Shown piece after piece: positions 1 through 12,744 of a stretch of 64,000 bases of DNA (the stretch's first letter is position 1; every line of letters starts with the position of its first letter). Under the pieces are notes generated by a model. That model saw nothing but the letters and a program-made list of their open reading frames with translations. It ran no database searches and had not been told where the DNA came from. Position numbers and translations under genes: made by a program. Location: assembly GCA_964016885.1 (NCBI GenBank), contig OZ024740.1, positions 175,088,001-175,152,000 of the forward strand, given 5' to 3'. The stretch comes from Eledone cirrhosa (lineage: Eukaryota).

Positions 1-269
1 AACAACACAAGTAACAAAACTAGCAACAATCCAACCACCACCTACCCAGCAGCACCACAGGGCCAGTTAAGCCTGAAATGCATAGACGGTTGTGCCCCTT
101 GCTTCTGCTGAATATCACCAGAGGGCGTTAGCACTCCCCCCCCCTGTTTGCATAGCTACAGCTTCCTAAAACCGTATTTCTTTGGAGATACGAAATATTT
201 ATACATATTGTATAAAGCTATGCTTGAAGCGAAATCCTATTTCTATTATATATATATATATATATATAT

Positions 270-440
270 ATAGGAACCAGTAAGACCCCGACAGCTGAGC
301 TCAAGCCGTTTCGACGGCTAATTTCGACGTCGAAACGGCTTGAGCTCAGCTGTCGGGGTCTTACTGGTTCCTATTACCCACTCTACTACCTCAAGTATTG
401 AGTACTTTGGTGCGTTATGGTCCACCTGGTTCCTTACCAC
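270..440 (+). mobile_element. Penelope-like pLTR/retrozyme fragment (family A) with inverted 5' arm and hammerhead 3' half
   Basis: Perfect inverted arms 270-316/328-374 directly after (TA)n. Right arm reads GAAAC-GGCT-TGAGCTC-AGCT-GTC (332-354), a hammerhead GAAA/stem III/GUC. The tail 374-440 recurs at 16400 and 45345. Confidence 0.7.
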
Positions 441-916
441 ATTTCCTTCGTTATATATATATATATTTTTTTTTTTGTTACATGTTTCATTTAAAATGCA
501 TATGTGTAAAGATAAGATTTCTAAGATGTATTAAGAGCTACAAAATAGATAAATTATATTGCTCAATGGTCTTTTTAAAACTCCAGCCATTCCTCTGCAA
601 AAGCAAACACCATACAATTGACACAATCTTCACTATTTTCTCACCCCTCTGCTACCTTACTCTCTTTCTCCACATACCAACCATGCCCACCCCCGTCTAT
701 CATGTTTCTTCCCCCTTCTCTTTTTATACACTCTTAAAAAATCTAGTTGTTGAGATGATATTCAGTACTTTCTTCTAAGTTTCACTTGTGTCTTTATTAT
801 TTTGTTTTGGTGGGGTATTTTTTAAAGTATGTTTTTCATGAATATTTAGTTGTTCTTTATTCACTGAGAGAGAAAATATCAATAAAACATATCTCACTCC
901 CTCTCTCATATATATA

Positions 917-968
<52 letters not shown>

Positions 969-3900
969 GTTTAACGTCCATGTTCCACGCATGCATGGGT
1001 TTGGACGGGGGTTTTCCCACTTGAGGCAAGAGTGATCATCTTGCTCGCATAGGACTATCTGGCGGGTTTTCTACAGCTAGATGCCCTTTCTAACACCAAC
1101 CACATTTACAGTGTGGGGCTGGGAGGTTTTTACCGTGTTGCCTACACGGCCACATTACAGTGTGAACTGTGTTTTTTTGACGTGACACCTACACGATCTC
1201 ATTTGTTTCGGCCTGGATGTTGTGGCACCAACATAACTTTACATTGAAAGGGGCGGTGTGGATGGGGTGGGGGTGGTGGGACGGGGGTGGATTTTGTTAG
1301 AGATGCCTACTGACTGTAGTAGGTTTTACTTTGTATTTAGGTAAGGCGGGTCTTCTCTATTACTGAGTACCGCCAAAGGTCTCGGTCCAGTGACATTGTC
1401 TTGGTGAGGTGTAAGTGTGTGAGGTCGGAATTTATCAGCTCGTCCCAGGTTTTTCTGGGTCTGCCTATTCTGTGGCTACCGTCTATCTTTATTGCCCTGC
1501 ACTTTGTTATACAGCTATCGTCCTTCATGCGCATCACGTGACCATACCAACGTAGCCTTTTCTCGAGTAAACAACATCTGATCCCTCTTATTTCTAATTT
1601 TTTCCTTAGTTCGTTTATGCTTTGCCGTTCACGTATATTACTATTACACATCCAGTGGAGCATGCAAGCATCGTTTCTCTCTAGTCTGCGTATATCCTCT
1701 GCACACAATGCGCAGGTCTCACTGCCGTGCAACACTGCTGTTCGTATGCAGGCATCGTACAACCTGCCTTTCATTTTTAGGGAGAACCCTTTAGCGGCTA
1801 ATAGTGGTATAAGCTCTCTGAACTTTTTCCATCCAGTTCTGACTCTAGCTACTGTACTTTCAGAGCACCCTCCCCCACTGTTGATTTTGTCACCCAGGTA
1901 ACGGAAGCTTTCCACTATTTCTATAGAACCCTCTGCGCAGTTGAAAGAGCTAGTATTTTGTGGGCACTTGCTGCTACTTATTGCACAGAGCACCGGCCAC
2001 ATGTAAAATCTATGTTCTTAGTTAGCTTACCTGTGATCCCACTACATCTTTTATGCACCCATACTTTGCATTTGGGACACAAAATGGAGTTTCTACCTAC
2101 GCCTTTCCTACACACTGAGCATGGCCACTTCCCAGAAGGGACCGCCGCCTTATTTTCTTTCTTACAAACTAGAACTTTAGTCTTAGCCAGGTTAATTTTA
2201 AGGCCTTTTGATTCTAGGCCGTGCTTCCATGTTGGAATTTCTTCTCTAGCTCGGCCATTGATTCAGCTATGAGTGTTAGGTCATCTGCGTATAGGAGTTC
2301 CCATGGGCAACCGGTCTTGAACTCCTCTGTTATAGCCTGAAGGGCAATAATAAATAGTAGGGGGCTGAGAACAGAGCCCTGATGGACGCCAACTTTTACG
2401 CTAAACTCTTCACTATATTCGTTGTTAATTCTAACCTTGCTGACTGTTTCTTTATACATGGCTTGTATAGCTCTCACAAGCCATTCGTCAACACCTAGTT
2501 TTCTAAGGGCCCACCAGATAATGGAACGGGGGACTCTGTCGAAGGCTTTCTCCAAGTCGACAAAAGCTAAGTATAGGGGTTTACTTTTAGCTAGGTACTT
2601 CTCCTGTAGTTGTCGTACAATGAAAAGAGCGTCTGTGGTACTTTTGCCTGACACAAACCCGAACTGCATTTCATCTAGATCAATTCTCTCTCTGATTAGT
2701 TGCGCTATTACTTTTTCCGTGACCTTCATGACCTGGTCGATTAATTTAATGCCTCTATAGTTACTCCTATCTAGGGCATCTCCTTTACCCTTATAACAGT
2801 TAACGATGATGCTGCTACGCCAGTCCTTCGGAACAACCCCATTCTGTACGACTTGGTTGACTATCCGGGTGACCATGGTGTGTCCCACCGTACCGGATGC
2901 CTTCAGCATCTCGGCAACTATTTCCGAAGGCCCAGCCGCCTTACCCGTCTTCATATCTTTGATTGCCTTACTTATTATACTACCCTCGACTAACACTGCT
3001 GGTCCCTCTATTGGGTCGATGTGGGGGAGACTGTCTTTCTCCCATTTATTCTCCTCATTTAGTAGCCTTTCATAGTGACACTTCCAAGCTACCTTCTTAT
3101 CAGCGTCGGTGATGGCAAGTACGCCGTCATCATTAAGGACACACTTCTCCCCGACAATATCACGGTTTTCCTTGACACATTGCCTAGCAATCCTGAACAC
3201 CTCACGTTTTTGGTCCTCGCGTTTTAGAACATGCTTGAACTTTCTTTCCTCTGCTTCCCTTCTTGCAAAGTACACTTGTCTCCTAGCTTCCTTCCTGGCC
3301 ACTTGATAGTCTTCTCTGCTTCCCCCATCCCGCCATACTTTCCAAGCCTGCTTTTTGGCCTTAATTGACCCCTCCACCTTACTGTTCCACCACCATGTTA
3401 CTCTCCTCCTGCCTACAGGCCTGCTCCAGCCACAGACTTCGTCTGCCGCCATCAGCAGGTTTGCTTTTAGGAATTCCCACTGCTCCTCTATATTGTACGA
3501 CTCTAAATGCTCTTCCTTACTGTCGAAAGCATCAAGTAGTATACTTTTGAATTTATTTCTGGCTGTGGGGTCCTTTAGCTTCCATATTTTTCTCCTGAGG
3601 ATAGTCCTCTTCTGTTGTCTAGTACGTCTTGTCCTGACTATTAGGTCGCTAATTATCAGTCTATGTTGGGAGGTGCATTCTTCATGGGGGAGGGATTTAG
3701 TGTTTACAACAGACACTCTGTCACGTCTTCTGGTAAGGATATAATCTACCTGGCTTGTGTGTTCCCCCGATCTATAGGTGATCAGGTGATTGTCACGTTT
3801 TTTGAAGTTAGTGTTACAGATGGTTAGGTTATTTGCGTCACAGAATTCCAGGATTCTGGAGCCTTCCTCATTTCTAGTACCAAACCCATAGCCTCCATGG

Positions 3901-4893
3901 ATTTCGTCATAGCCGTCACAATATTGTCCAACGTGACCATTTAGGTCGCCTGCAATAATTATATAGTCACTGTCGGTTATTTGGGAGGTAGTGAACATCA
4001 GTGTCTCATAGAATCTGTCTTTTATAGTGCCGGGCAGTCCGGATTGGGGTGCGTACGCAGATATTACTGTCACTGTCATTCTACTGAGGACAAGTCTTAT
4101 TTTAATTATTCTGTCGTTCACTCTATTTACGTCTATTATCTTATCTGCCCACTTTTCTGCTACCATGATTCCTACTCCACCCAGCCCATTGTCATTTCCC
4201 ACCCAGAAAAGCTTATAGCATCGTTTTTTACCCACAATGAATCTAGCAGACCCACCCCTCCACCTGGTCTCTTGAATACAACAAACATCGACCTCCTTAC
4301 GTTCAAGCATTTCTACAACCTCGTTAGAGCGACCCTTTAAGGTGCCTACATTCATGGTACCAACTCTGAAGTTTTGGATTGCGTTTGGAGGGTGGGAGCG
4401 GTGGGAGATGGGGTTATATTAGCCATCCGCGGCTGAAACAAAGAGGAATGCTCACATTCTCGTCCACGAGGTGAATTTGTCTTTGGCATTGTCGCTGAGC
4501 GTCCAGATTTTTCTCTCTTCAACTCTCCGGAATTCCGTAGTCCTTCCATCCGTCATATTGAAGGCGACCAGGTAAGCGATAGTATAGGCCTCTGGCTTAT
4601 GATTGGTCCACGTAATAATAATGGTGGTGCGTGGGGGCGGGAGGGAGCGTATTTAACAAGCAATAACAAAAAATACAAGATTTGTTTTGAAAAATACAAG
4701 AAAATACACAGAATACAGGAGGATTTGTTTTGGAAATAGGATAGAATAGCTAGTAGTGAAGCAAGAATTGGAATCTGAGGATGGAAAATGCTATCGAATT
4801 GTCGCGGATTGGAAGGACTATGAAATTAAGCGGATGTTAGGAAGGCAAGAAAAATGTGTACATTACATTATACCGTGAAGGAAAAACAGCCAC
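917..4893 (-). mobile_element. Near full-length RTE-clade LINE (element 1) with (GAT)n 3' tail
   Basis: APE endonuclease (NVGTL, IQETRW, SAYAPQ, GDLNGH, SQHR) plus RT (DLEKAFD, GVHQGSVLSP, YADD) and RTE C-terminal GRPRKTW. (CAT)n tail at 917-968 on the + strand. The 5' boundary is approximate. Confidence 0.95.
1337..4355 (-). pseudogene. RTE APE-RT polyprotein with a Cys-rich PHD-like insert; two single-base frameshifts (about 2230 and about 1985)
   Basis: 713-aa ORF 2214-4355. The bridging frame reads WKHGLESKGLKINLAKTKV...KWPCSVCRKGVGRNSILCPKCKVWVHKRCSG...CGRC, followed by ORF 1337-2002. Confidence 0.9.
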
Positions 4894-4996
4894 GATATAT
4901 ATATATATATATATACACACACATATATATATATACATACATACATATATATATATATACATACATACATATATACATATATATATATACATACAT

Positions 4997-5583
4997 ATGG
5001 TGGCTGCCAACTCGTTTTCGAGTACGGCCAGTATTTATATCCAAGTAGGACAACCCCTATCGATGCGCTGAACAAGTCTGACTTTTTAGTCCAGCCAGCA
5101 ACTTGAAAACTCTGGTACAGACACTACACCTGTGACAATTATTGACACATAGTGCTGGGCCCATGCAGAGAGATCTACAAATATAAAGCAATGCCTGTGC
5201 CGTGAAGCTTTTATAGAGAGCAAAGGCACTGCACAAAGCCAGTCCCACTCTCTTAACCAAGATGATATTTACCAAAAAGAATAACAAGTCAACATCATTG
5301 GATACAATCAGGGTTGCAGGTTTTATATCAGAGTTTTCCTTCTCCTAGAATTCTGCCTTGACAAAGGCTAAGGGGTCATCTCTCCCGGTGATTTTGGATG
5401 GCCATTGACTCTTAAGAGCTTCTTTGCCCTTTGACAGGTTTTGTTTTTAGTCCTGCAGGATGTCCAAAGTCACCCTCCTCACCAAGAAACCTTGGTGGGG
5501 TTGCCAGTTTAGTTGCCAACGACCCGACCATGGGACAGGTTGTACTGGGATACGTTACCAGTAGCACCAACTGGTGACCTGAC
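4997..5583 (-). mobile_element. Non-coding RTE 5'UTR-like element, flanked by (TATG)n microsatellites
   Basis: The minus strand contains GGCAGAATTCTAGGAGAAGGAAAACTCTGATATAAAACC, resembling RTE 5'UTR motifs as I recall them. It has a structured 5' end and a terminal hairpin ACTCG-AAAA-CGAGT before the (TATG)n tail. Confidence 0.5.
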
Positions 5584-6185
5584 ATACATACATATACATA
5601 CATACATACACATACATATATGCACACATACATATACATATATATACATACATACACACATACATATACATACACACATATGCATGCATATATACATAGA
5701 ATATAAGTTGTGTATGTGTGTGTGGAAAACAGATGTTCATCTACTTCACAGATGAAATCTTAATCATCTGAGCTAAGTATATTTTACTGAGAGTGCTCAA
5801 TAACTATTTTAAAATTAATTAGATTTGTGATAAAAAAATAATCATCAAAGAAATTAAAAGTAATGGTAAAATTCAATATATATATATATACATCATCATC
5901 ATCATCATTTTATGTATATATATATATATCTATATATATATATATATATTACATGAACACATACATATGTATGTCTGTCTGCGCGTGTGCATGCACATGT
6001 ATGCATATATATTTTCAATTAATTCTAAAATTAAATTCTTCCCATGGCAATGATGGCTTTGTATAAGATATTCAAAAATTCCAATTCTGGCACTTTTAAT
6101 AATCATTCTCAAGAGAGAAGTAGGAAATAGTGAAATCAACACCACACTCCAATGAGACTGATAGTCAGGCAATTCATAGAAAATT

Positions 6186-6501
6186 TTAACCCTTTCATTA
6201 TGATATATCTGATGAAAGATTCTGTCTATAATTTTAAAATAACTTTGAAAATCATCAAGAATTTGGAGGAATTTGGTAAAATAACCTTTAAAAAAAACTT
6301 TTGAAATCACTTTTGGTTCATTAAAACAAAAAACATCTATTTTAAATTAAAATCTAACATTTAAAAAAAATATATATCAGAGCCATATGTTGCTATTTTA
6401 GTAATGAAATAATTAATGATTTTAGTAAATGCTTCAAAATTCTTAACTAATCAATTGAAATAGAATGTATTTTATTAGGAATATGGTAATGAAAGGGTTA
6501 A
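6186..6501. mobile_element. TTAA-flanked piggyBac-like MITE (abundant old family)
   Basis: TTAACCCTTTCATTA...TAATGAAAGGGTTAA termini. Related copies near 11880-12045, 28680-28935, 32035-32275, 33645-33880, 39129-40377, 42120-42480, 50740-51070, 53520-53740 and 63130-63600. Confidence 0.7.
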
Positions 6502-6547
6502 GCTAGTCATTGAAGCATAGTCAACAAAAGTCATTAAATAAAACTAT

Positions 6548-6727
6548 AATTGTTTCTACTTTTGGCACAAGGCCAGCAATTATTTCAGTGTATTACTGGT
6601 ACTTTATTTTATCGACCTTGTAAGGCAGTTAGTTAACCTCGGTGGGGTTTGAACTCAGATCATAAAGGGACGTAACTCTATGCTGCAAAGCATGGCGCCT
6701 GACCCTCTACCGATACTGCCAATCCAC
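6548..6727 (-). mobile_element. tRNA-derived SINE family S1 (Meta-like central block, (TAA)n tail)
   Basis: Reverse complement of TGGATTGGCAGTATCGGTAGAG (A box) ... GAGTTCAAA (B box) ... GTCGATAAAATAAAGTACCAG ... GGCCTTGTGCCAAAAGTAGAAACAATT. Many copies in the window. Confidence 0.85.
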
Positions 6728-7214
6728 ATGCAAAATTTTTAGGTAAATATAAACATTTTAAAACAAATATATTTGTATAGTAGAACCAGAGGCAGTTTTA
6801 GGTAGTTTGGTATCAGAAGGATAAAAAAAAAAAATTTCTATTGATTTAATTGGTAGAGCAAGATTTTCTGCAACCCAGTCAATTGTTTTGCAATAGTTTC
6901 TGCAGAACATTAACAGTACCAATCTAACCAGTCTCCAAAAGCCTGCTAAGGCTTAAAAAAAATTTTTTTTTTAAATAATATATAAATAAGCCACATCACA
7001 GCTTTGTCTTTAAAACAGGGGGATACCCCTAAAATGAGGAGATGGTCATGGCCAGCATACCTCTGACTAGGAGTGATTGATAAATGTTGACCAGAAGTTA
7101 AACAACAGAAGAAAAAAGAAAATGACTATGCATACAGAAGATTGTAACCAATTTCATCTGAAATATGTAAATAGACACTCCATCCACCCAAAGACCATTA
7201 TTAACTATATATAT

Positions 7215-10200
7215 ATCATCATCATCATTTTACGTCCGCTCTTCCCTGCTTGCAAGGGTGGGATGGGTCTTATTCAGCACAGCGTCTCTCCACTTGTTAC
7301 GGTCCTTCGTCATCTCCACCGTGAGCTTCAGCGATCTGAGGTCTGTTCTCACCACCTCCGCCCATGTTTTTCGTGGTCTACCTCTACCGCGTCTTCCTTC
7401 AACTGGCATTTCTTGGCACTCTTTACCCCTCGGTCATCCTCCATGCGCATCACATGTCCATACCACCTCAGTCTTCTCTCCTGTACACAACATTCTATCC
7501 CTCTCAGACACAGTTTCTCTCTCAACACATTCATGCTGGGTCATTCACGCACATTGACACTGCACATCCAATGGAGCATGCTTGCCTCATTTCTCTCCAG
7601 CCGTCGCATATCCTCTGCAGTTGCTGCCCATGTCTCACTACCATGCAACATCGCGCTCCTCACACAGGCATCATATAACCGGCCTTTCGTACGCAGGGAG
7701 AAACCCTTCTTCGTCAGCAGCTCCCTAAACTTCTTCCGACCCGTCCTTATTCTAGATACTATGGCCTTGGAACACCCCCCCACTCCCATGCTAATCTGAT
7801 CTCCTAGGTACCGGAAGCTATCCACCACTTCTATAGCACCCGCCTGCATTTGAAAAATGTGTCTATCAATGCGACTTCTACTGTCTAATTTCCCTGTACA
7901 TCTACTGCATACATATTTCTCCTTACCTGTTAGTTTGCCTGCTATCCTGCTACATCTCTTGTGTACCCAGGATCTACATTGTGTGCATTTTATAGAATTT
8001 ATGCCAGTTGCTTTTCTGTATATCGAACATGGCCATTTCCCTGACGGAATCAGAGTTTTGTCCTCATTTCTACTCATCAACACTTTTGTCTTAGCTAGGT
8101 TCACTCTCAGTCCTCTTGCTTCCAACTGCTGTTTCCATAGCCAGAATTTATTCTCTAGCTCCTCTACTGATTCTGCTATAAGAACCAGATCGTCAGCATA
8201 GAGAAGTTCTCATGGACAGCCAGTCTTAAACTCCTTTGTTATGGATTGGAGGACTATAATGAATAGGAGCGGGCTGAGGACCGAACCTTGATGTACTCCT
8301 ACTAAACTCCGTTCCTACCCTGACTTTACTGACAGTACCTCTGTACAAAGTTTGCACTGTCCTCACAAGCCATTCCTCAACACCTAGTTTCCTTAGGGAC
8401 CACCAGATGACAGATCGGGGTACCCTATCAAAGGCCTTCTCTAGGTCAACAAAGGCTAAATATAGTGGCTTATTTTTCTCTAAGAACCTCTCTTGCAATT
8501 GTCTCACCAAGACGAGGGCCTCTGTTGTACTCCTGCCAGGCACAAAACCGAACTGCATCTCATCTAGTTTGACCCTTTCTCTAATTAGTTGTGCTGATAT
8601 CCTTTCTGCCACTTTCATAACCTGATCCATCAGTTTTATACCCCTATAATTGCTCCTCTCCAGAGCATCCCCTTTACCTTTGTAGCAATTTATGAGAATA
8701 CTGCTGCACCAGTCTTTTGGTATGACACCACCATATATAGCCTGATTGATGATGCGTGCAACCAGCTTAGTGACTACATCCCCTGATGCCTTCAGCATCT
8801 CAGCAACTATTCCCGATGGTCAAGCAGCCTTACCATTTTTCATTTCCTTAATCGCCTCTTGGACCCTATATTCATCAATCTCAATAGCTGGTCCCTCTGT
8901 CGGATCTACTGTGGGTAATTTCTCTCTCTCCCATTCGTTCTCCACATTCATCAGTCTCTCATAATGACATTTACAGGCCTCCTTTTTTCTGATCATTCGT
9001 GACACTAAGTACACCGGCATTGTTCTGGACACATTTATCTCCAACAACATCCTGATTTGCATTGACACCCTGCCTTGCAATGTGGAACACCGCACGCCTC
9101 TGATCTTCCCGTCACAGAACATTGGCAAACCTCCTACTCTCGGCCTCCCTGCGTGCTAAGTACACCTGACGTCTAGCTTCGTTCTTAGCGGCTGTATATT
9201 CTTCCCTATTCCCACCCTTTTTCCAAGCCTTCTATGCTAGTCTTTTGTCTCTAATGGCCTTATCTACTGTGCTGTTCTACCACCAGGTCACTCTCTGCAG
9301 AGCTCCAACCACAAGTTTCATCAGTTGCCTGCAGTAAGTTGTCACGTAAGAAATTCCAGTTATTATCTATGTCATACGTCTCTAAATCGTCTTCTTTTTC
9401 ATCATACACATCTTGAAGGGCTTTGCTAAATTTGTATTTTAGTGAAAGGTCTTTTAGCTTCCAGACCTTTCTTCTCCACACTTTCCTGTATGTCTCATTC
9501 CATCTCTTGCTTACTGAGATATCACTAACGACTAACCTATGCTGTGGGGTACATTCTTCCCCAGGGTATGCCTTGGTATTAGACACTATCTGCCTGTCCC
9601 GCTGCCTAACTAGTAAGAAGTCAATCTGGCTTATGTGCTCGCCAGATTTGTAGGTTATTAGGTGGTTGGCAGGTTTCTGGAAGTTTGTGTTGCAAATAGT
9701 CAGTGTACTTGCATCACAAAATTCAAGAAGTCTCACCCCTTCTTCATTTCTTGAACCGTAACTGTGCCCACCATGTACCCCAGTGTAACCATCCTGGAGC
9801 TGTCCAACATGACCATTGAAATCCCCTGCTAGCATAACGGTGTCTCCGTCCTCTGTCATTGCGGTTGTTTGTAAAAGTTGCTCATAAAAGCAATCTTTCT
9901 CATCTTTGCCTAGGCCTGCTTGGGGAGCATAGGCAGAGATGATTGTCAGTAATCTCCTGCCTAGAACTAATCTAAGCTTAATTATTCGATTACTAACTTG
10001 AACTACCTCTATTGTCTTATTGATCCATCTCTCAGCCAGGAAAATGCCTACTCCCCTAACCCATCATCCTTACCTACCCAGAAAAGCTTATAGCTAAGAT
10101 GTTTGCCTACGACTAGTCTCGCAGAGGCACCTCTCCATCTCACCTCTTGCACGCAGCACACATCCACATGCCTTCTCTCCAGCATCTCCTCTATTTCAGC

Positions 10201-10395
10201 AGATCTACCTTTGAGAGTGCCAACATTAAGTGTTGCAACTCTGAGATGCGACATCTTCATATTTTGTTGTTGTTCCTATTTGTTGCTGTGCTGATAAGTG
10301 TTTTGGCATTGATACACTGGTTGGATGCCCTTCCTAACACCAGCGCCACTTTACAGCATGGACTGGGTGCTTTTATTTGTGCCACCAGCACTAGA
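7215..10395 (-). mobile_element. Full-length but decayed RTE-clade LINE (element 2)
   Basis: ORF pieces 10048-10260 (RVATLNVGTL), 9260-9859 (GDFNGH, TPQHR), 8226-9128 (RT) and 7541-8125 (PHD-like insert). Multiple stops and frameshifts. (CAT)n tail near 7215. 5'UTR motif GGTGTTAGGAAGGGCATCC at about 10322-10340. Confidence 0.92.
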
Positions 10396-10679
10396 GAGGA
10401 TGTCTTTCTAGACTCAAGGGCCCTCTCTACTCCTCCATTTTACAGCATGGTCATAAAAAAGAAATTTAAAAAAACTTGACGCACGCATGCGTGCGCGCAC
10501 ACACACACACACACGCACTCATGCATACAAACTACAAACACACACACACCACTCACATACATACACATATATACATATATTACCGGCAGTACTGATACAA
10601 AATCAAAATCATGTCAACTCTTGACTTTTCCCAGTCCAGTTCAGTTTTTATATAATAATAATAATTGTTTGCTTTACGC

Positions 10680-10874
10680 TGGTGATGGTGGTGGTGATGG
10701 TGGTGGATGGTGTCAGTGATGGTGGATGGTGTCAGTCATGGTGATGGATGATGTCAGTCATGGCGATGGTGGTGGATGGTGTCAGTGATGGTGGTGGTGG
10801 TAGTGGTGGAGGTGGTGGATGGTGTCAGTGATGGTGATGGTGGTGGATGGTGACTGACGGTGGCTGGTGACTGA
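10680..10874. repeat. GGT/GAT-rich minisatellite (GGATGGTGTCAGTGAT units)
   Basis: About five repeats of ggatggtgtcagt interspersed with (GGT)n. Confidence 0.85.
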
Positions 10875-11205
10875 CATGGCTTAGTGGTTAGAGCATTGGC
10901 CTTGCAATCGAAAGGTTGTGAGTTCAATTCTCAGACCGGGTGATGTGTTGTTTCCTTGAGCAAGACACTTTATTTCACATTGCTCCAGTTTACTCAGCTG
11001 TAGAAATGAGATGATAGGGACTGGGCTCCCTATCATTCTACTGCAAAGTGGTCGTGGAGGTGCCACGGCAAAAAAGCACCCAGCACTCACTGTAAATGAG
11101 GTTGGTGTTAGGAAGGGCATCCAGCTGTAGAAATCAAGCCATAATCAGTTCCCGTCCCACCCTTGCAAACAGGGAAAAAGCGGACGTAAAATGAAATGAT
11201 GATGA
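10875..11205 (+). mobile_element. CORE-type tRNA SINE with RTE-derived body and tail (family S2)
   Basis: A box TGGCTTAGTGG, B box GAGTTCAATTC, CORE-like CCTTGAGCAAGACACTT, the RTE 5'UTR motif and a 3' end matching LINE element 2. Near-identical copies at 25321-25668 and 44280-44598. Confidence 0.85.
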
Positions 11206-11209
11206 TATA

Positions 11210-11440
11210 TCGATAGTCGATCGACTTTCGATGAAGCGAACCGAGGAAACAATGGTTCCATTGGTCTTTCGTCTTTCCAATTGCTAATACTTTCTATCAG
11301 TCGCAACTCCAAATAGAAGGAACGTGAAAATAAAGTGTCTTGTCCAAGGACATAATGCATCGTCCAGCCCAGGAATCGCACTCACAACCTCACGATTGAG
11401 AGACCAATTCTCTAACCACTCAGCCACGTGCCTTCACATG
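11210..11440 (-). mobile_element. Second CORE-type SINE (different tail)
   Basis: Minus strand reads GGCACGTGGCTGAGTGGTTAGAG...GTCCTTGGACAAGACACTTTATTTTCAC. Confidence 0.7.
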
Positions 11441-12044
11441 TATACACGCGCACGCGCAATGTCTGATATTTGTTTCATTGTCCCTAGAGGGATTACATGC
11501 ACAGTTAGCCTCAGTGGAATTTGGGATCAGACAAAACTAGATATAATATCCAGTACTCCACACTTTTTTTTAACGATAATAATGACAGTAACAACAATAA
11601 AACAAGCAAATAGGAAGTGATTAAAGAGTAGGACAGAATGATTGTTATTTGTTTTGGCTCTTTATACCCAAAGTATAAATACTGTCATGGTAAACTTCAG
11701 CTTTTATGATTTTGGAGTAAACAACATTTTTAAAATATACCACCTCAGAGCAGTGGATTGGGAGAATTACTAGAGTATTGTCCAAGCTGCTGGCAATATT
11801 TTTTTCTGGCTTTCATGTTCTAAATTCTCCAGTAGTGGAGTTTTGAATCCATACTACTTGAAGCCGCTGCCGTGCATGTGTTAAGCCTTCCATTATAATT
11901 TTATGAAAGGCCTTTTGATGAGCTATGCTCCAAACATCAGCTTAATAATGAAAATGTTACTTAAATCTCTCAAAATTATTAATATTTCACAAAAAGATTT
12001 GAAAATGAGTGTCTTTCATTAGAAATATGATAATGAAAGGGTTA

Positions 12045-12185
12045 ATCTGTCACCTAGTTTAACACCACCACCTTTTCCTTGGATGCCTTTAGCAGGGTTC
12101 ACTCTGTTGCATGCATTAATCTTAGCGGCCCTGATAAAATAAAGAGTCATGCATACTGCCCTTCTCTCCCTGATTAAACAAACAA
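12045..12185 (+). mobile_element. Ancient SINE family S5 fragment
   Basis: CACCTAGTTTAACACCACC...TTTAGCAGGGTTCACTCTGTTGCATGCATT...CCTGATTAAACA is shared with copies at 21.7, 28.9, 40.4, 51.3 and 57.9 kb. Confidence 0.55.
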
Positions 12186-12671
12186 TGACACATCAACAGA
12201 AATATCAACAAACCAGCAGGGAAACTCTTCAAACTACTTGATATACTAAAAATAGCAAACAAATTTCCCTCAAATGACACCCTACGGTTTTAAATAACTA
12301 AAGAACACATAGTATAGTCTAGTTATTTGTAACTCTAAAATAGTGGTCAGATAGAATGCTTTTGATCGATCAAATGCCTACCTGCTCAGGACTTGACTGG
12401 AGCTAACCAATAACACCAATAACAACAGTAGCAACTGCAGTAAAATCAGAAACAGCGATGACAACAGCAGTAGCAATAACAATGACAGCAACACAATAGT
12501 AAAAATACAACAGTTGCAAGAATAATAACAACAGAAGTAAGAAACAGAACAAAAATGTCAAACTGCCCCACAAAATTAAAAACTTTTTCTTTTGTGGCTT
12601 TTTTAATTATAAACCTAGCAACATAAGATTGAATTTTTAAAAAATCATTGAATTTAATTACATTGCATGCA

Positions 12672-12737
<66 letters not shown>

Positions 12738-12744
12738 CATATAT

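Noticed and set aside
1617-10479. Numerous + strand ORFs overlapping the two LINEs
   Set aside because: Antisense shadows of RTE coding sequence.
10875-10960. tRNA genes at SINE heads
   Set aside because: A/B boxes are present but there is no complete cloverleaf, and they are always fused to SINE bodies.
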